Assembly (NCBI RefSeq): GCF_020969955.1
Contig: NZ_JAHDSX010000001.1
Location: 90,001 to 122,000 of the forward strand
Length of the DNA stretch: 32,000 nt
DNA from: Allobaculum fili
GTDB lineage: Bacteria > Bacillota_I > Bacilli_A > Erysipelotrichales > Erysipelotrichaceae
Reading direction: 5' to 3'
Shown here piece by piece: positions 9,046 through 18,204 of the stretch. How positions within the stretch are numbered: the stretch's first letter is position 1; the number at the start of each line of letters is the position of its first letter. A program made the position numbers and the translations under genes. Under the pieces are notes generated by a model. It did no database searches, was not told where the DNA came from, and saw only the letters and a program-made list of their open reading frames with translations.

Positions 9046-10172
9046 TTCTGGCTTTCCTTTCCGGCGTTCAAATAAATCATTTCCAGCTTTCTGGCCGCTT
9101 CCTTCACTTCGTAGCCGGACGCGATGATTTCATCGCGGGTGTCGGCGCGCGGACGGGCAGCTTCTTCGAGAATCTTCTGGGCCCATGTCGCTGGCGAATC
9201 ATCCAGAGACAAATAGAGCGCCAGCGATTCGATCGGCAGCTCATGCGCCACCAGCGTGGACGTTACGACGGGCAGACCGGTGCACTGTGCTTCGACGCCG
9301 ACGACGGGAAGTCCTTCAAAAAAGGAGGGAAGGACAAAAACGTCCATCGCATTCATCAGATGGGCGATGTCTTTACGAATCCCAAGAAATTTCACGGCAT
9401 CGTCTAATCCTTTTTGCGAGACAAGCTGACGGATTTCGTCCATCGTTTCGCCCTGACCGGCCAGAAGCAGGACAGAATCGGGGCGGCGCTGATGAATCTG
9501 TTCGAACACTTCGATCAGAAACGGGTGATTTTTCTGGACGCTGAACCGTCCCACGTGGCCGATGACCAGCGTGCCGGGATCGATGTGCAGCTCCTTGCGG
9601 ATTTCCTTTCCCCAGGCGGGTTCAAAGTGGAATTCGTTCAGGTCTACTGCGTTTTTTACCACGGTGTACTGATGGTTTCGAATGATGGACGGCGGAAATT
9701 TCCAGCGGGCCGCCAGATCCGAACAGGCCAGATATTTGGTGGGGTATTTGAGCAGGTACGGAATCGAGATCGTCTTGATGACGCGGTACTTGAGATTGTC
9801 AAAGCCGCCGCAGTGCGAGTGGACAAAGACGTTGGGCACGCCGGCTTTTCGGGCCAGCTTGGAGCCTTCCATCAGGGCGTACGTGCTGCCGGAATGAAAG
9901 TGAACGATAGGATAGTGATGTTCTTTTAAAAACGTCTCTAAAGACGATTTGAAAACCGCGTTGTTGTGTTCGCCAAAGGGATGTCCGGCCGCAAAGACGT
10001 GCGCCCCCATGGATTCCATTTCCTTCTGGAGCGCCAGATTATCGACGGTAAAGGGCGTGAAAAAATCCATCTGGACTTTGTTTCGGTCGATGTGGCGGTA
10101 CATGTTCATTAAATAGCTTTCCTGACCGCCGTTGGCAATCGGTTCGCGAAAGACTTCAAGTACGCGGATCAT
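9042..10172 (-). CDS. Glycosyltransferase family 4 (GT-B fold, Glycos_transf_1)
   Basis: The C-terminal half contains LPSFFEGLPVVGVEAQCTGLPVV, an E-x7-E type motif. The protein is 376 aa. Confidence 0.88.
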   Translation of the reverse strand: MIRVLEVFREPIANGGQESYLMNMYRHIDRNKVQMDFFTPFTVDNLALQKEMESMGAHVFAAGHPFGEHNNAVFKSSLETFLKEHHYPIVHFHSGSTYALMEGSKLARKAGVPNVFVHSHCGGFDNLKYRVIKTISIPYLLKYPTKYLACSDLAARWKFPPSIIRNHQYTVVKNAVDLNEFHFEPAWGKEIRKELHIDPGTLVIGHVGRFSVQKNHPFLIEVFEQIHQRRPDSVLLLAGQGETMDEIRQLVSQKGLDDAVKFLGIRKDIAHLMNAMDVFVLPSFFEGLPVVGVEAQCTGLPVVTSTLVAHELPIESLALYLSLDDSPATWAQKILEEAARPRADTRDEIIASGYEVKEAARKLEMIYLNAGKESQK

Positions 10173-11088
10173 TCACAGTCTCCTTTCGTGGGGAAAAATG
10201 CAGGCCGGATTTCGAGGCAGACCAGATGATGGCCAGCCTCTCTTTTTTATGATCGGGAGCATGGAGAAGAACCCGTGCAGTGTGCAGGCAAATTTTCGCC
10301 ATCTGATACAGCTTGCGCGAAAAGCCTTCCTGTCTCGCAATATACACCTCATTACGATACGCATAGCGATAGCGATCCAGCCGGTCATGTGAAGCCCGGC
10401 TGATATCGGAGCCGACATTGTCGGCGCATTTATGAATGACGACACTTTCGGGAACGTACCAGCACGGATAGCTTGCGCTGATCCGTCTGGTGTATTCGAC
10501 ATCGTCGCCCCAGATGAAGAAATCTTTCAGGGGCAGACCGATCGCTTCAATGACCTGAGCCCGCAGGAAAAAGGAAACGAAGGAAGCCTGCCGGATCGGC
10601 CGGTCCATTTCGTCGGACTGCTTTCCCTCGATGAATTTGGGTTCGTTCATACGGCAGTACGATCCGTCTTTCCAGAGCACTTTGGAGGCGAGAAAGCCAA
10701 AATCCGGGTGCGCTTTGCCAAAGGCGAGCAGAGCGGCCAGCGCATCGGGGCCCGGAATGGCGTCATCGTCCATTCCCCAGACGCAGGAATAGCCCATCAA
10801 AACGGCCTGCCGCAGCCCTTCGCAAAAACCGCCGGCACCGCCGATATTTTCGTCAAGGCGATGATAGACGATCTGAAGATTGCGGCTTTTCTGGCAAGCT
10901 AAAGTTTTCGGATCATTTTTCCAGGCATGCACGGTGTCTTTGGTTCCATCGGTCGATGCGTTATCGACAATCAGAATCGAACACGGATGACTTTGCGCGA
11001 GAAGGGCATTCAGACATTCCACAAGCAGCGCCTTTCGATTGTAGGTGACCACGACGGCGATCGTCTGTTCAGGATGAGAACGCGCCAT
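10156..11088 (-). CDS. Glycosyltransferase family 2 (rhamnosyl/galactofuranosyl-transferase-like)
   Basis: IAVVVTYNRKALLVECLNALLAQS, ILIVDNASTDGT and the DxD motif WGMDDDAIP are present. I placed the start at MARSHPEQ (11088) because aaggaggg lies 7 nt upstream. The listed ORF extends to 11193 without RBS support. Confidence 0.88.
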   Translation of the reverse strand: MARSHPEQTIAVVVTYNRKALLVECLNALLAQSHPCSILIVDNASTDGTKDTVHAWKNDPKTLACQKSRNLQIVYHRLDENIGGAGGFCEGLRQAVLMGYSCVWGMDDDAIPGPDALAALLAFGKAHPDFGFLASKVLWKDGSYCRMNEPKFIEGKQSDEMDRPIRQASFVSFFLRAQVIEAIGLPLKDFFIWGDDVEYTRRISASYPCWYVPESVVIHKCADNVGSDISRASHDRLDRYRYAYRNEVYIARQEGFSRKLYQMAKICLHTARVLLHAPDHKKERLAIIWSASKSGLHFSPRKETVNDPRT

Positions 11089-12502
11089 ACGTGGGCCCTC
11101 CTTTTCCTGCAGTCGAAGCCGCCGGCCTGGATGAACGCAGCGTCGCTTTCGAAGATACTTTGCGGATCTTCTCGCTGTGTCCGTCCGCTTCAAAGGCGTC
11201 TTCGGACGCTTCGTGAACCGAAGTATGCGCGGCTCGGGCAGTTTTCAGGCGCGTTTTGAAATGCGAAGCAAACCAGCGGCTCAAATGGGAAAACGGCTGA
11301 CTGAGCAGGTGACTGGCGTACAGAAGCAGGGGGTTGAACACCGGATTTAACAGGCGGACTTCATTAAACGAGAAGCAGTACACAATAAAGAGCGCGATCA
11401 TCAGCGGAACATTTTTCTTGCGGTACGCCTGCCAGGCGATGCACGAGCAGCATCCCAGCACGAGCAGCCATTCAAGAACGCCAAAGTTCAGCAAAATATT
11501 CAGATACGAGCAGTCGACATACAAATACGTGTCGCCCGCAGTCGTGGCCGGTCCGTTTCCCTGCCAGACAATGTGCTTTCCGGCAAGAGACAGACCGTAC
11601 TGATCGAACGCGGTGCGCGCATTGGCCAGACGGCCGGAAAGCAGTCCGTTCAGACTTTCCCAGAACGGCTGCCCGGGCGTATACGCCAGCATAAGTCCCA
11701 GCGCCACGATTGCCAGAACGACCGGCAAAAGCGCCAGACAGATTCCAAACCAGCGTTTATGCATGAACGAAAACCAGGCCGGATGCGACTGCAGCAGCCC
11801 AATCAGAATAAGCAGAAGCAGGGAAAGAAGAAACGCAAAGCGCGTATCGGTCAGGAAATAGAACAGAACGCTCATGCCCGCAAGCGCCATAAGCGCCGTC
11901 GTGTTGAGCGCGCGCAAATCGCAGAGCAGCAGCGCAATCAGAAGAAACAGAAAGAGAACCGGCGCTGTGCTGACCCACGCAAAGCCGAGGGCATGACGGG
12001 AACGCTCCGTATCCATGATCACATCGGGAAAGACGTGCAAAACGCTCAATGCGAGAACGAGCCCTAATACCGTAGTCAGCACGAGTAAATACACGCGCAG
12101 ACCGCGCCGGAGGCTGAGGGAGCGAAACGCGAACAGATACAAGGTCAGAATCGCAAATTCTGTACTTCGCGAAAACAGAAAGACCAGAACGCTGACGATC
12201 AGAACCGTCCAGACGACGATGGGATTTTGCCGTCGCTTCGACAAGGTAAGACTGAGCAGCGCCGCGCCAAGCATCAGCACATAGCCTCCGTAGCGCAAAA
12301 TCGTAAAGAACAGATCAAAGCCGCGCGAATACGAGGCGGCGCCCTGGGCCGATACGATCACGAAACCCATCCACGATGTGAAAAGGAAAAAAGTCAGAAG
12401 CAGTTCGAGAAGCAGGGAAGAATGGCGCAGAGAATACGCGATCAGACGATTGGCGCGCAATCGCTCTCTGAACAGGGAAAAAGACTGGGAAACGGTATGC
12501 AT
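11069..12502 (-). CDS. O-antigen polymerase/ligase-like (Wzy/O-antigen ligase family) polytopic membrane protein
   Basis: The protein has about 10-12 TM helices and a large loop, which is Wzy-like architecture. I placed the start at MHTVSQS (12502) with gaaaggagccgctttATG. The listed ORF runs on to 12784 without support. Confidence 0.7.
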   Translation of the reverse strand: MHTVSQSFSLFRERLRANRLIAYSLRHSSLLLELLLTFFLFTSWMGFVIVSAQGAASYSRGFDLFFTILRYGGYVLMLGAALLSLTLSKRRQNPIVVWTVLIVSVLVFLFSRSTEFAILTLYLFAFRSLSLRRGLRVYLLVLTTVLGLVLALSVLHVFPDVIMDTERSRHALGFAWVSTAPVLFLFLLIALLLCDLRALNTTALMALAGMSVLFYFLTDTRFAFLLSLLLLILIGLLQSHPAWFSFMHKRWFGICLALLPVVLAIVALGLMLAYTPGQPFWESLNGLLSGRLANARTAFDQYGLSLAGKHIVWQGNGPATTAGDTYLYVDCSYLNILLNFGVLEWLLVLGCCSCIAWQAYRKKNVPLMIALFIVYCFSFNEVRLLNPVFNPLLLYASHLLSQPFSHLSRWFASHFKTRLKTARAAHTSVHEASEDAFEADGHSEKIRKVSSKATLRSSRPAASTAGKGGPTYGAFSS

Positions 12503-13020
12503 AAAGCGGCTCCTTTCGAAGAGATCGAAAAAAACGTTCTGCGCCAGTTCGGGGATGAATTTCTTCGAAAGAAAAGGGCAGAAACGAAAACGGGAAGCAG
12601 GATGGCATAAGCCTGTTGAAAAAAATATATCATTCTTTTTGCGTATTCCCCGGTTTCGACCGCCCGAGGGCATCTGTCGATGGAGTAAGAAAACAAAGGA
12701 CAGCGCCAGAAAAACGCTAATCCGCGCGATCAGAACGCAAGCCAAAAAAGGCTGGGGAAAGGGGAAACCCGTCCGTGGGCGCACAGAAAAAACAGGCTCG
12801 CCATCCGGGCAGGAAAAGAATGATTCTGAGAATAGAGTAAGCCTGCTGTGACCCAGATCCGCTCAAAGCGCCTGCCTTGTTTGTGCAAACAGATCGTGCA
12901 ACATGCGCGATTCGCATAAAGCCCGAAACCTATCGCTCTGAATACGGGACAAAACCATTAAAATCACGGAATTTACCCGGAAATATCTTGTTTTGCGCTT
13001 TCAAAACCCGATATTTACGC

Positions 13021-13098
13021 TATAATTTGCATTGTTAATTGCACAATGTTGCATAAAAACAGGTATGGAAAACGCATTGATGCAAACGAGGCATTGCA
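13021..13098 (+). promoter_or_regulatory. Candidate -10 box plus TGCA-rich imperfect palindromes (putative LacI-type operators) ahead of the PTS gene
   Basis: tataat sits at 13021-13026; the -35 is weak (tttcaa about 16 nt upstream). ttgcattgttaattgcacaatgttgcat (13027-13054) contains cattgt/acaatg inverted repeats. TGCAAACGAGGCATTGCA (13081-13098) has the form TGCAA-N8-TTGCA. Confidence 0.3.
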
Positions 13099-13127
13099 CA
13101 GATCAGGAAAGAGAAAAAGGAGGCCCT

Positions 13128-15419
13128 ATGAGCGAAAACAAAAAGCCGGTTTCGATCCAGATCGTCTCGCCGCTGAGCGGTACAGCCGTTCAGATTACGG
13201 AAGTGCCCGATCCCATCTTCTCCGGGAAGATGATGGGCGACGGCGCCGCGGTAATTCCGGATAACGGAACCATCGTTGCTCCCGTTGACGGCGAACTGAC
13301 TATGATCGCACCGACCCTGCATGCGTACGGATTTAAAGCGGAGGATGGAACGGAAGTTCTGGTCCATGTCGGACTCGAAACCGTCGGACTGGACGGCGCT
13401 GCGTTCAAAGTTCTCAAGGAAGCCGGATCCAAGGTCAGAAAAGGCGAACCGGTTGCCGAGGTGGATCTTGAACTTCTCAAGTCGAAAAACCTCAACCCCA
13501 TTACCGCCATCGTATTAACAAGCACCCCCAAAGACGCGGTAATCACCGTTCGGGAAGGCAAAGTCAAAGGCGGAGAAGAAACGATTCTCACCATTGAAGA
13601 ACCGGCTAAAGAAGAAGCGCCGGAAGCCGACACAAAGCCGGCGTCTGGAAAAGACGAGAAAAAGGACGCTGAAAAAGCCGACAAAAAAGGGGATAAAACG
13701 GAAAACACGTCCAAGTCTTCCAAAGGCAAAGCGGATCAATCCGATTCGTCCAAAAAGAAAAAATTCAAATTCAAAATCAACTTCGACCTGCTTCAGAAAT
13801 TCGGCAAGGCGCTGATGGTCGTCATCGCCGTGATGCCGGCAGCCGGTCTGATGATTTCCCTTGGCAAGCTGGTCGGCATGATGGCCGGCGATATTACCCT
13901 CGTCACCACGATTGGTATGGTCATGGAAAACATCGGCTGGGCCATCATTAACAACCTGCATCTGCTTTTCGCCGTCGCCATCGGCGGCAGCTGGGCGAAG
14001 GAAAGAGCCGGTGGCGCGTTCGCGGCGGTTATCGCCTTCATCCTGATCAACAACATCACCGGTCAGATTTTCGGTGTCACGACCGACATGTTAGCGGACC
14101 CGAATGCGATCACGCATACGCTGTTTGGACAGCCGATGCCCGTCGCCAACTACTTCGTCAACATTCTCGGCGCGCCGGCGCTGAACATGGGTGTGTTCAT
14201 CGGTATGATTTCCGGTTTCGCGGGCGCCATCATTTACAACAAGTACTACAACTACCGCAAACTTCCGGATGCCCTGGCCTTCTTTAACGGCAAGCGCTTC
14301 GTACCGCTCGTTGTCATCGTATGGTCCGTCATCATCGCGCTGATTCTTTCGATTTTCTGGCCGATGGTTCAGCTGGGCATCAACAGCTTCGGAGAATGGA
14401 TCGCGACGTCTTCGGAAACTTCGCCGATTCTTGCGCCGTTCATTTACGGAACGCTCGAACGTCTGCTGCTGCCGTTTGGTCTGCATCACATGTTAACGAT
14501 TCCGATGAACTACACGTCGTTTGGCGGGACCTATGTCATTGCTACCGGCGCACAGGCGGGAACCGCCGTTTACGGACAGGATCCTCTGTGGCTGGCCTGG
14601 GTCAATGACCTCATCAACTATAAAAACGCCGGCAATATAGCAGCCTACAATGAACTGCTCACGACGGTTACCCCGGCACGTTTCAAAGTCGGCCAGATGA
14701 TCGGTGCAACCGGTCTGCTGCTCGGTATCGCTCTGGCGATGTATCGCCGTGTCGATCCGGACAAGAAGAAAAAATACCGTTCCATGTTCATTTCCATCGT
14801 TCTCGCCGTCTTCCTGACCGGCGTTACCGAACCGCTGGAATTCATGTTCATGTTCTGCGCTATTCCTCTCTACATCGTTTACGCGATTTTGCAGGGCTGT
14901 GCGTTCGCGCTGGCGGGTATCTTCCATCTGCGTCTCCATTCCTTTGGAAATCTGGAATTCCTCATGCGTACCCCGATGTCCATTCAGGCGGGTCTTGGCG
15001 GCGATATCATCAACTTCATCATCGCTTGCATCGTCTTCTTCGGAATCGGCTACTTTGTCGCTTACTGGATGATCGGCAAGTTCAGCTACGCTACGCCAGG
15101 CCGCAACGGCAACTACACCACAGACGATGACGATACGAGCGCGTCTTCTTCGAGTTCTTCGGAGACGTCCAAGTCCGAAGGCGGCCAGTCGCAGCCGGAG
15201 CGAATCATTGCGCTGCTGGGCGGCCGCGACAACATCGTTCTCGTCGATGCCTGCATGACGCGTCTGCGCGTTACGGTAAAAGACGTGGAAAAAGTGGCGG
15301 ATCTTCCGGCATGGAAAGCCGAAGGCGCCATGGGCCTGGTCAAAAAAGACAACGGCATTCAGGCGGTCTACGGACCAAAAGCCGACGTGCTGAAATCCGA
15401 TATTAACGACATTCTCTAA
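13128..15419 (+). CDS. PTS sugar permease of the glucose/maltose family, fused EIIA-EIIC-EIIB
   Basis: The N-terminal EIIA-Glc domain shows PDPIFSGKMMGDG and LVHVGLETV. A K/E/D-rich linker follows. The EIIC domain shows GVTEPLEFMFMF. The C-terminal EIIB domain shows VDACMTRLRV. I placed the start at MSENKK (13128) behind aaaggaggccctATG. Confidence 0.9.
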   Translation: MSENKKPVSIQIVSPLSGTAVQITEVPDPIFSGKMMGDGAAVIPDNGTIVAPVDGELTMIAPTLHAYGFKAEDGTEVLVHVGLETVGLDGAAFKVLKEAGSKVRKGEPVAEVDLELLKSKNLNPITAIVLTSTPKDAVITVREGKVKGGEETILTIEEPAKEEAPEADTKPASGKDEKKDAEKADKKGDKTENTSKSSKGKADQSDSSKKKKFKFKINFDLLQKFGKALMVVIAVMPAAGLMISLGKLVGMMAGDITLVTTIGMVMENIGWAIINNLHLLFAVAIGGSWAKERAGGAFAAVIAFILINNITGQIFGVTTDMLADPNAITHTLFGQPMPVANYFVNILGAPALNMGVFIGMISGFAGAIIYNKYYNYRKLPDALAFFNGKRFVPLVVIVWSVIIALILSIFWPMVQLGINSFGEWIATSSETSPILAPFIYGTLERLLLPFGLHHMLTIPMNYTSFGGTYVIATGAQAGTAVYGQDPLWLAWVNDLINYKNAGNIAAYNELLTTVTPARFKVGQMIGATGLLLGIALAMYRRVDPDKKKKYRSMFISIVLAVFLTGVTEPLEFMFMFCAIPLYIVYAILQGCAFALAGIFHLRLHSFGNLEFLMRTPMSIQAGLGGDIINFIIACIVFFGIGYFVAYWMIGKFSYATPGRNGNYTTDDDDTSASSSSSSETSKSEGGQSQPERIIALLGGRDNIVLVDACMTRLRVTVKDVEKVADLPAWKAEGAMGLVKKDNGIQAVYGPKADVLKSDINDIL

Positions 15420-15522
15420 ACCTCCATCCGTATCTGCACACGCGGTCAGATCTGCCTCGCCTCCTCGAGGAGTCTGAGTTTACGAAAAGAGGACCGGCTG
15501 TATGGCCGGCAAGGGAAGAATC

Positions 15523-15556
15523 AAGGGAGCAGATCCATTGCGGCTGCTCCCTTTTT
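15523..15556 (+). terminator. Rho-independent terminator after the PTS gene
   Basis: aagggagcag (15523-15532) pairs perfectly with ctgctccctt (15544-15553). A T-run extends to 15556. Confidence 0.75.
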
Positions 15557-15754
15557 CACGGCTTTAGCCCGTTTCTTTTAAAGGCATCGACAAATTTTGT
15601 CGTCCTTGCGTTTCGATTCCCCTTTCGTCTTCTTACAATCGAAAGAGAAGAAGCGTCCTTACAGACTAGGAAATGCGAAGGCCAGAGCCGTCCAGAATTC
15701 ACACCACGCAAAATTCCAGTCTGAATCTCTTGAAAAAATGGAAAGGAGAGAGCT

Positions 15755-16600
15755 ATGAAACTGCTCACCCTCAATACGCATTCGCTTCAGGAAACAAACA
15801 TGGCGCAAAAACAGGATCTCTTCTGCGCCTGGATTGAAAACGAACAGCCGGATATTATCGCCCTGCAGGAAGTCAACCAGAATATGGATGCTCCTGCGGC
15901 AGACGATCTTGTCTGCGCACTGGTCTGGAAGCCGGAACAGGCGATTCTTCGCGAAGACAACCACGGTCTGGCGCTGGCCAGACGGCTGGTCAAAGCCGGC
16001 CTCCATTACGAATGGGCCTGGCTGCCCATGAAAATCGGCTACGACCGCTACGACGAAGGGCTGGCTATTTTCAGCCGTAAGAAAATTTTGAAGACGGAAA
16101 ATCTGCTGGCATCGAAAATCGATACGTATACGGATTTTCGTACCCGCCGAATTCTGGGCGTACAGACCGAAGACGGCTGGTTTTATTCCATCCACCTCTC
16201 CTGGTGGAACGATCCGCATGAACCGTTCGCTCTGCAGTGGCAGCGTCTTCTGCCCCAGCTGGAGAAACATTCGAAAGATTCGCCGGTGTATTTACTGGGC
16301 GATTTCAATTCGGATGCGTTTTTGCCGGGCGAATCGGCCGATCTCGTCCGCCAGAGCGGCTATTTCGATACGTACGTGCTGGCAAAAAAGAAAGATGCCG
16401 GCTATACGGTAGGCGGCGTCATTGACGGCTGGGAAAACCAGCCGCAAAGCGGTCCAAAACGGATCGATCAGATCTGGGCAGGCCATAAGGAAAACGTCAC
16501 AGAAAGCCGCGTCGTCTTTAACGGAGAGAAGGAGCCTGTTCTTTCCGACCATTACGGCCTGCTCGTTGAAATTGACGACTCGCGCGGTGCGCACGAATAA
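15755..16600 (+). CDS. Endonuclease/exonuclease/phosphatase (EEP) family protein; maltose-6'-phosphate phosphatase (MapP)-like by context
   Basis: MKLLTLNTHS, IIALQEVN and the C-terminal SDHYGL are EEP catalytic motifs. A strong RBS (aaaggagagagctATG) precedes the start. The position directly after a glucose-family PTS gene matches the malT-mapP arrangement known from Enterococcus faecalis. Confidence 0.8.
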   Translation: MKLLTLNTHSLQETNMAQKQDLFCAWIENEQPDIIALQEVNQNMDAPAADDLVCALVWKPEQAILREDNHGLALARRLVKAGLHYEWAWLPMKIGYDRYDEGLAIFSRKKILKTENLLASKIDTYTDFRTRRILGVQTEDGWFYSIHLSWWNDPHEPFALQWQRLLPQLEKHSKDSPVYLLGDFNSDAFLPGESADLVRQSGYFDTYVLAKKKDAGYTVGGVIDGWENQPQSGPKRIDQIWAGHKENVTESRVVFNGEKEPVLSDHYGLLVEIDDSRGAHE

Positions 16601-16659
16601 AGCCGACAGGCGAAAACCGCCCGCAAAGCAGACACCAGAAAATTCATAAATCCAAAATC

Positions 16660-16721
16660 AAAAGCCGTTCGAACTTTACCGTCCCCTGAATTGGGGAGCG
16701 GGACGTTCGAACGGCTTTTTT
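16660..16721. terminator. Bidirectional rho-independent terminator between the EEP gene and the LacI-family gene
   Basis: aaaagccgttcgaac (16660-16674) pairs with gttcgaacggctttt (16705-16719). An inner tcccc/gggga hairpin is also present. A-runs precede the stem and T-runs follow it. Confidence 0.8.
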
Positions 16722-16746
16722 GTGCGGTTTATATTTTTGGAGAAAA

Positions 16747-17781
16747 TCAGGATTTGGCTGGAGCACAGCTTTCGCGCTCGACGAGCACGAACGGAACGAG
16801 GGTCTTGCTGGCCATGGACTGCGGCGTGCGCGCCCGTAAAATCGCCTGCGCGGCGGCTTCGCGGCCAAGCTGGAGCGGATGAACGTCGATGGACGTCAGA
16901 CGCGGGGAGGTGAGCGTCGCGAAAATGGAATTGTTAAAGGAAACGATGGACAGATCGTCTGGAATGGAAAGGCCGGCTTCCGCGGCTTTCTGGCGAAGGG
17001 CCATCGCGTGCAGGTCGTCGCTTGTCACAAAGGCCGTTGGCCGTTTGTCTTTGGAAAGCGCGAGCAGGCGGCCGATTTCTTCAAGCCCTTCGGGATCGCC
17101 GTGTTCCATTTCGATCAAATGCATGTTTTGCGCCTCGATGCCAGCCTGCTGAAGAAAGAGAAGCACACCGTTTTTGCGCGATGCAGAAAACAGATGCTCG
17201 AACGGGGAGCCGATAAACGCGAAGCGGCGATGGCCAAGCCCATACAAATAGCGTGCAGCGCTGCTGCCGGCTTCGATGTTGTCGTTGTCGACGCTGACGG
17301 TCTGCGAACTGCGGCTTTGCGGAGAGCCGATCAGCACGTAGTCGTAGCCTTCTTCGGTCAGCTTGTCGACGATGGGATCATCGGCGCGGGAAAACAGAAG
17401 AATGAAGGCGGAAAGGCGGCTGCTCGCGGAAAGGGAAAGGATCGCTTCGATGACTTCCTGATCATCCCGGCCGGTTAACAGTAAGGAGACCGCTTCGTTC
17501 TGGTTGCAGTACTCGCTGATGCCGCGGATGACTTCCAGAAAGAACGGGTTGTTGTACGTATCCGCAGCGGAAGGCGGAAGAATGATGCCGACTTCGACAA
17601 GCGGCTTGTTCTGGACCAGCGTTGAAGCGCTTGCTGGTGCGGAGTAGCCGACTTTTTCCATGGCTTTGCGCACCTTTTCCTTGGTGGTCTCCGAAATGGC
17701 CGGATTGTTTCGAATGGTGCGGCTGACGGTCGAGGCGGAAACGCCGGCGACGCGGGCAACATCGCGTATCGTTACGGACAT
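16747..17781 (-). CDS. LacI family transcriptional regulator
   Basis: The N-terminal HTH reads MSVTIRDVARVAGVSASTVSRTIRN, followed by a periplasmic-binding-protein-like sugar domain. I placed the start at 17781 (aaaggggattttttcATG). The listed ORF extends to 17910 without support. Confidence 0.9.
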   Translation of the reverse strand: MSVTIRDVARVAGVSASTVSRTIRNNPAISETTKEKVRKAMEKVGYSAPASASTLVQNKPLVEVGIILPPSAADTYNNPFFLEVIRGISEYCNQNEAVSLLLTGRDDQEVIEAILSLSASSRLSAFILLFSRADDPIVDKLTEEGYDYVLIGSPQSRSSQTVSVDNDNIEAGSSAARYLYGLGHRRFAFIGSPFEHLFSASRKNGVLLFLQQAGIEAQNMHLIEMEHGDPEGLEEIGRLLALSKDKRPTAFVTSDDLHAMALRQKAAEAGLSIPDDLSIVSFNNSIFATLTSPRLTSIDVHPLQLGREAAAQAILRARTPQSMASKTLVPFVLVERESCAPAKS

Positions 17782-18204
17782 GAAAAAATCCCCTTTCCAA
17801 AGCGAAATCTTCTGTTTCACGACAATTGCACACAACGAATACAGAAAGCGTTTGATCTGCGATAAACAAAGCCTTTTTACGCTGTGCAAATATGCATCAT
17901 TATGCAACAAAATGCGCCAAAGGAAAAGACGGGCAGGAAGACTCCGCCCAATTCTTCAGGCATTTTTCAAGTGTTGACCGTCTGGTTTTCCGGCGAAACC
18001 AAGGGCGCTTTTCCGGCTTTTTCTCAAGAAAAGAGTGATCGTTATCTTCGTTCAAATATCCTGAAACGGATAAACACAATCGCAAAAAGAAACCCGGCGA
18101 GAAAAAACGCCAGCGGGACGGCTTGTGTCCAGCGACCCTGAATCCGCAGCGTTCGCCTCGGGCATCTGCCGGCTTGCCTGCGGCTCGCGTCGGATAATAC
18201 AGGT

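Noticed and set aside
12503-12784. Long N-terminal extensions appear in the ORF track for several genes: Wzy-like to 12784, GT2 to 11193, PTS from 13032, LacI to 17910, argJ from 23733, argB from 24989 and lysA from 5371.
   Set aside because: In each case an internal ATG with a well-spaced AGGAG-type RBS coincides with the point where the family's conserved N-terminus begins. The extensions are unstructured or overlap the upstream gene.
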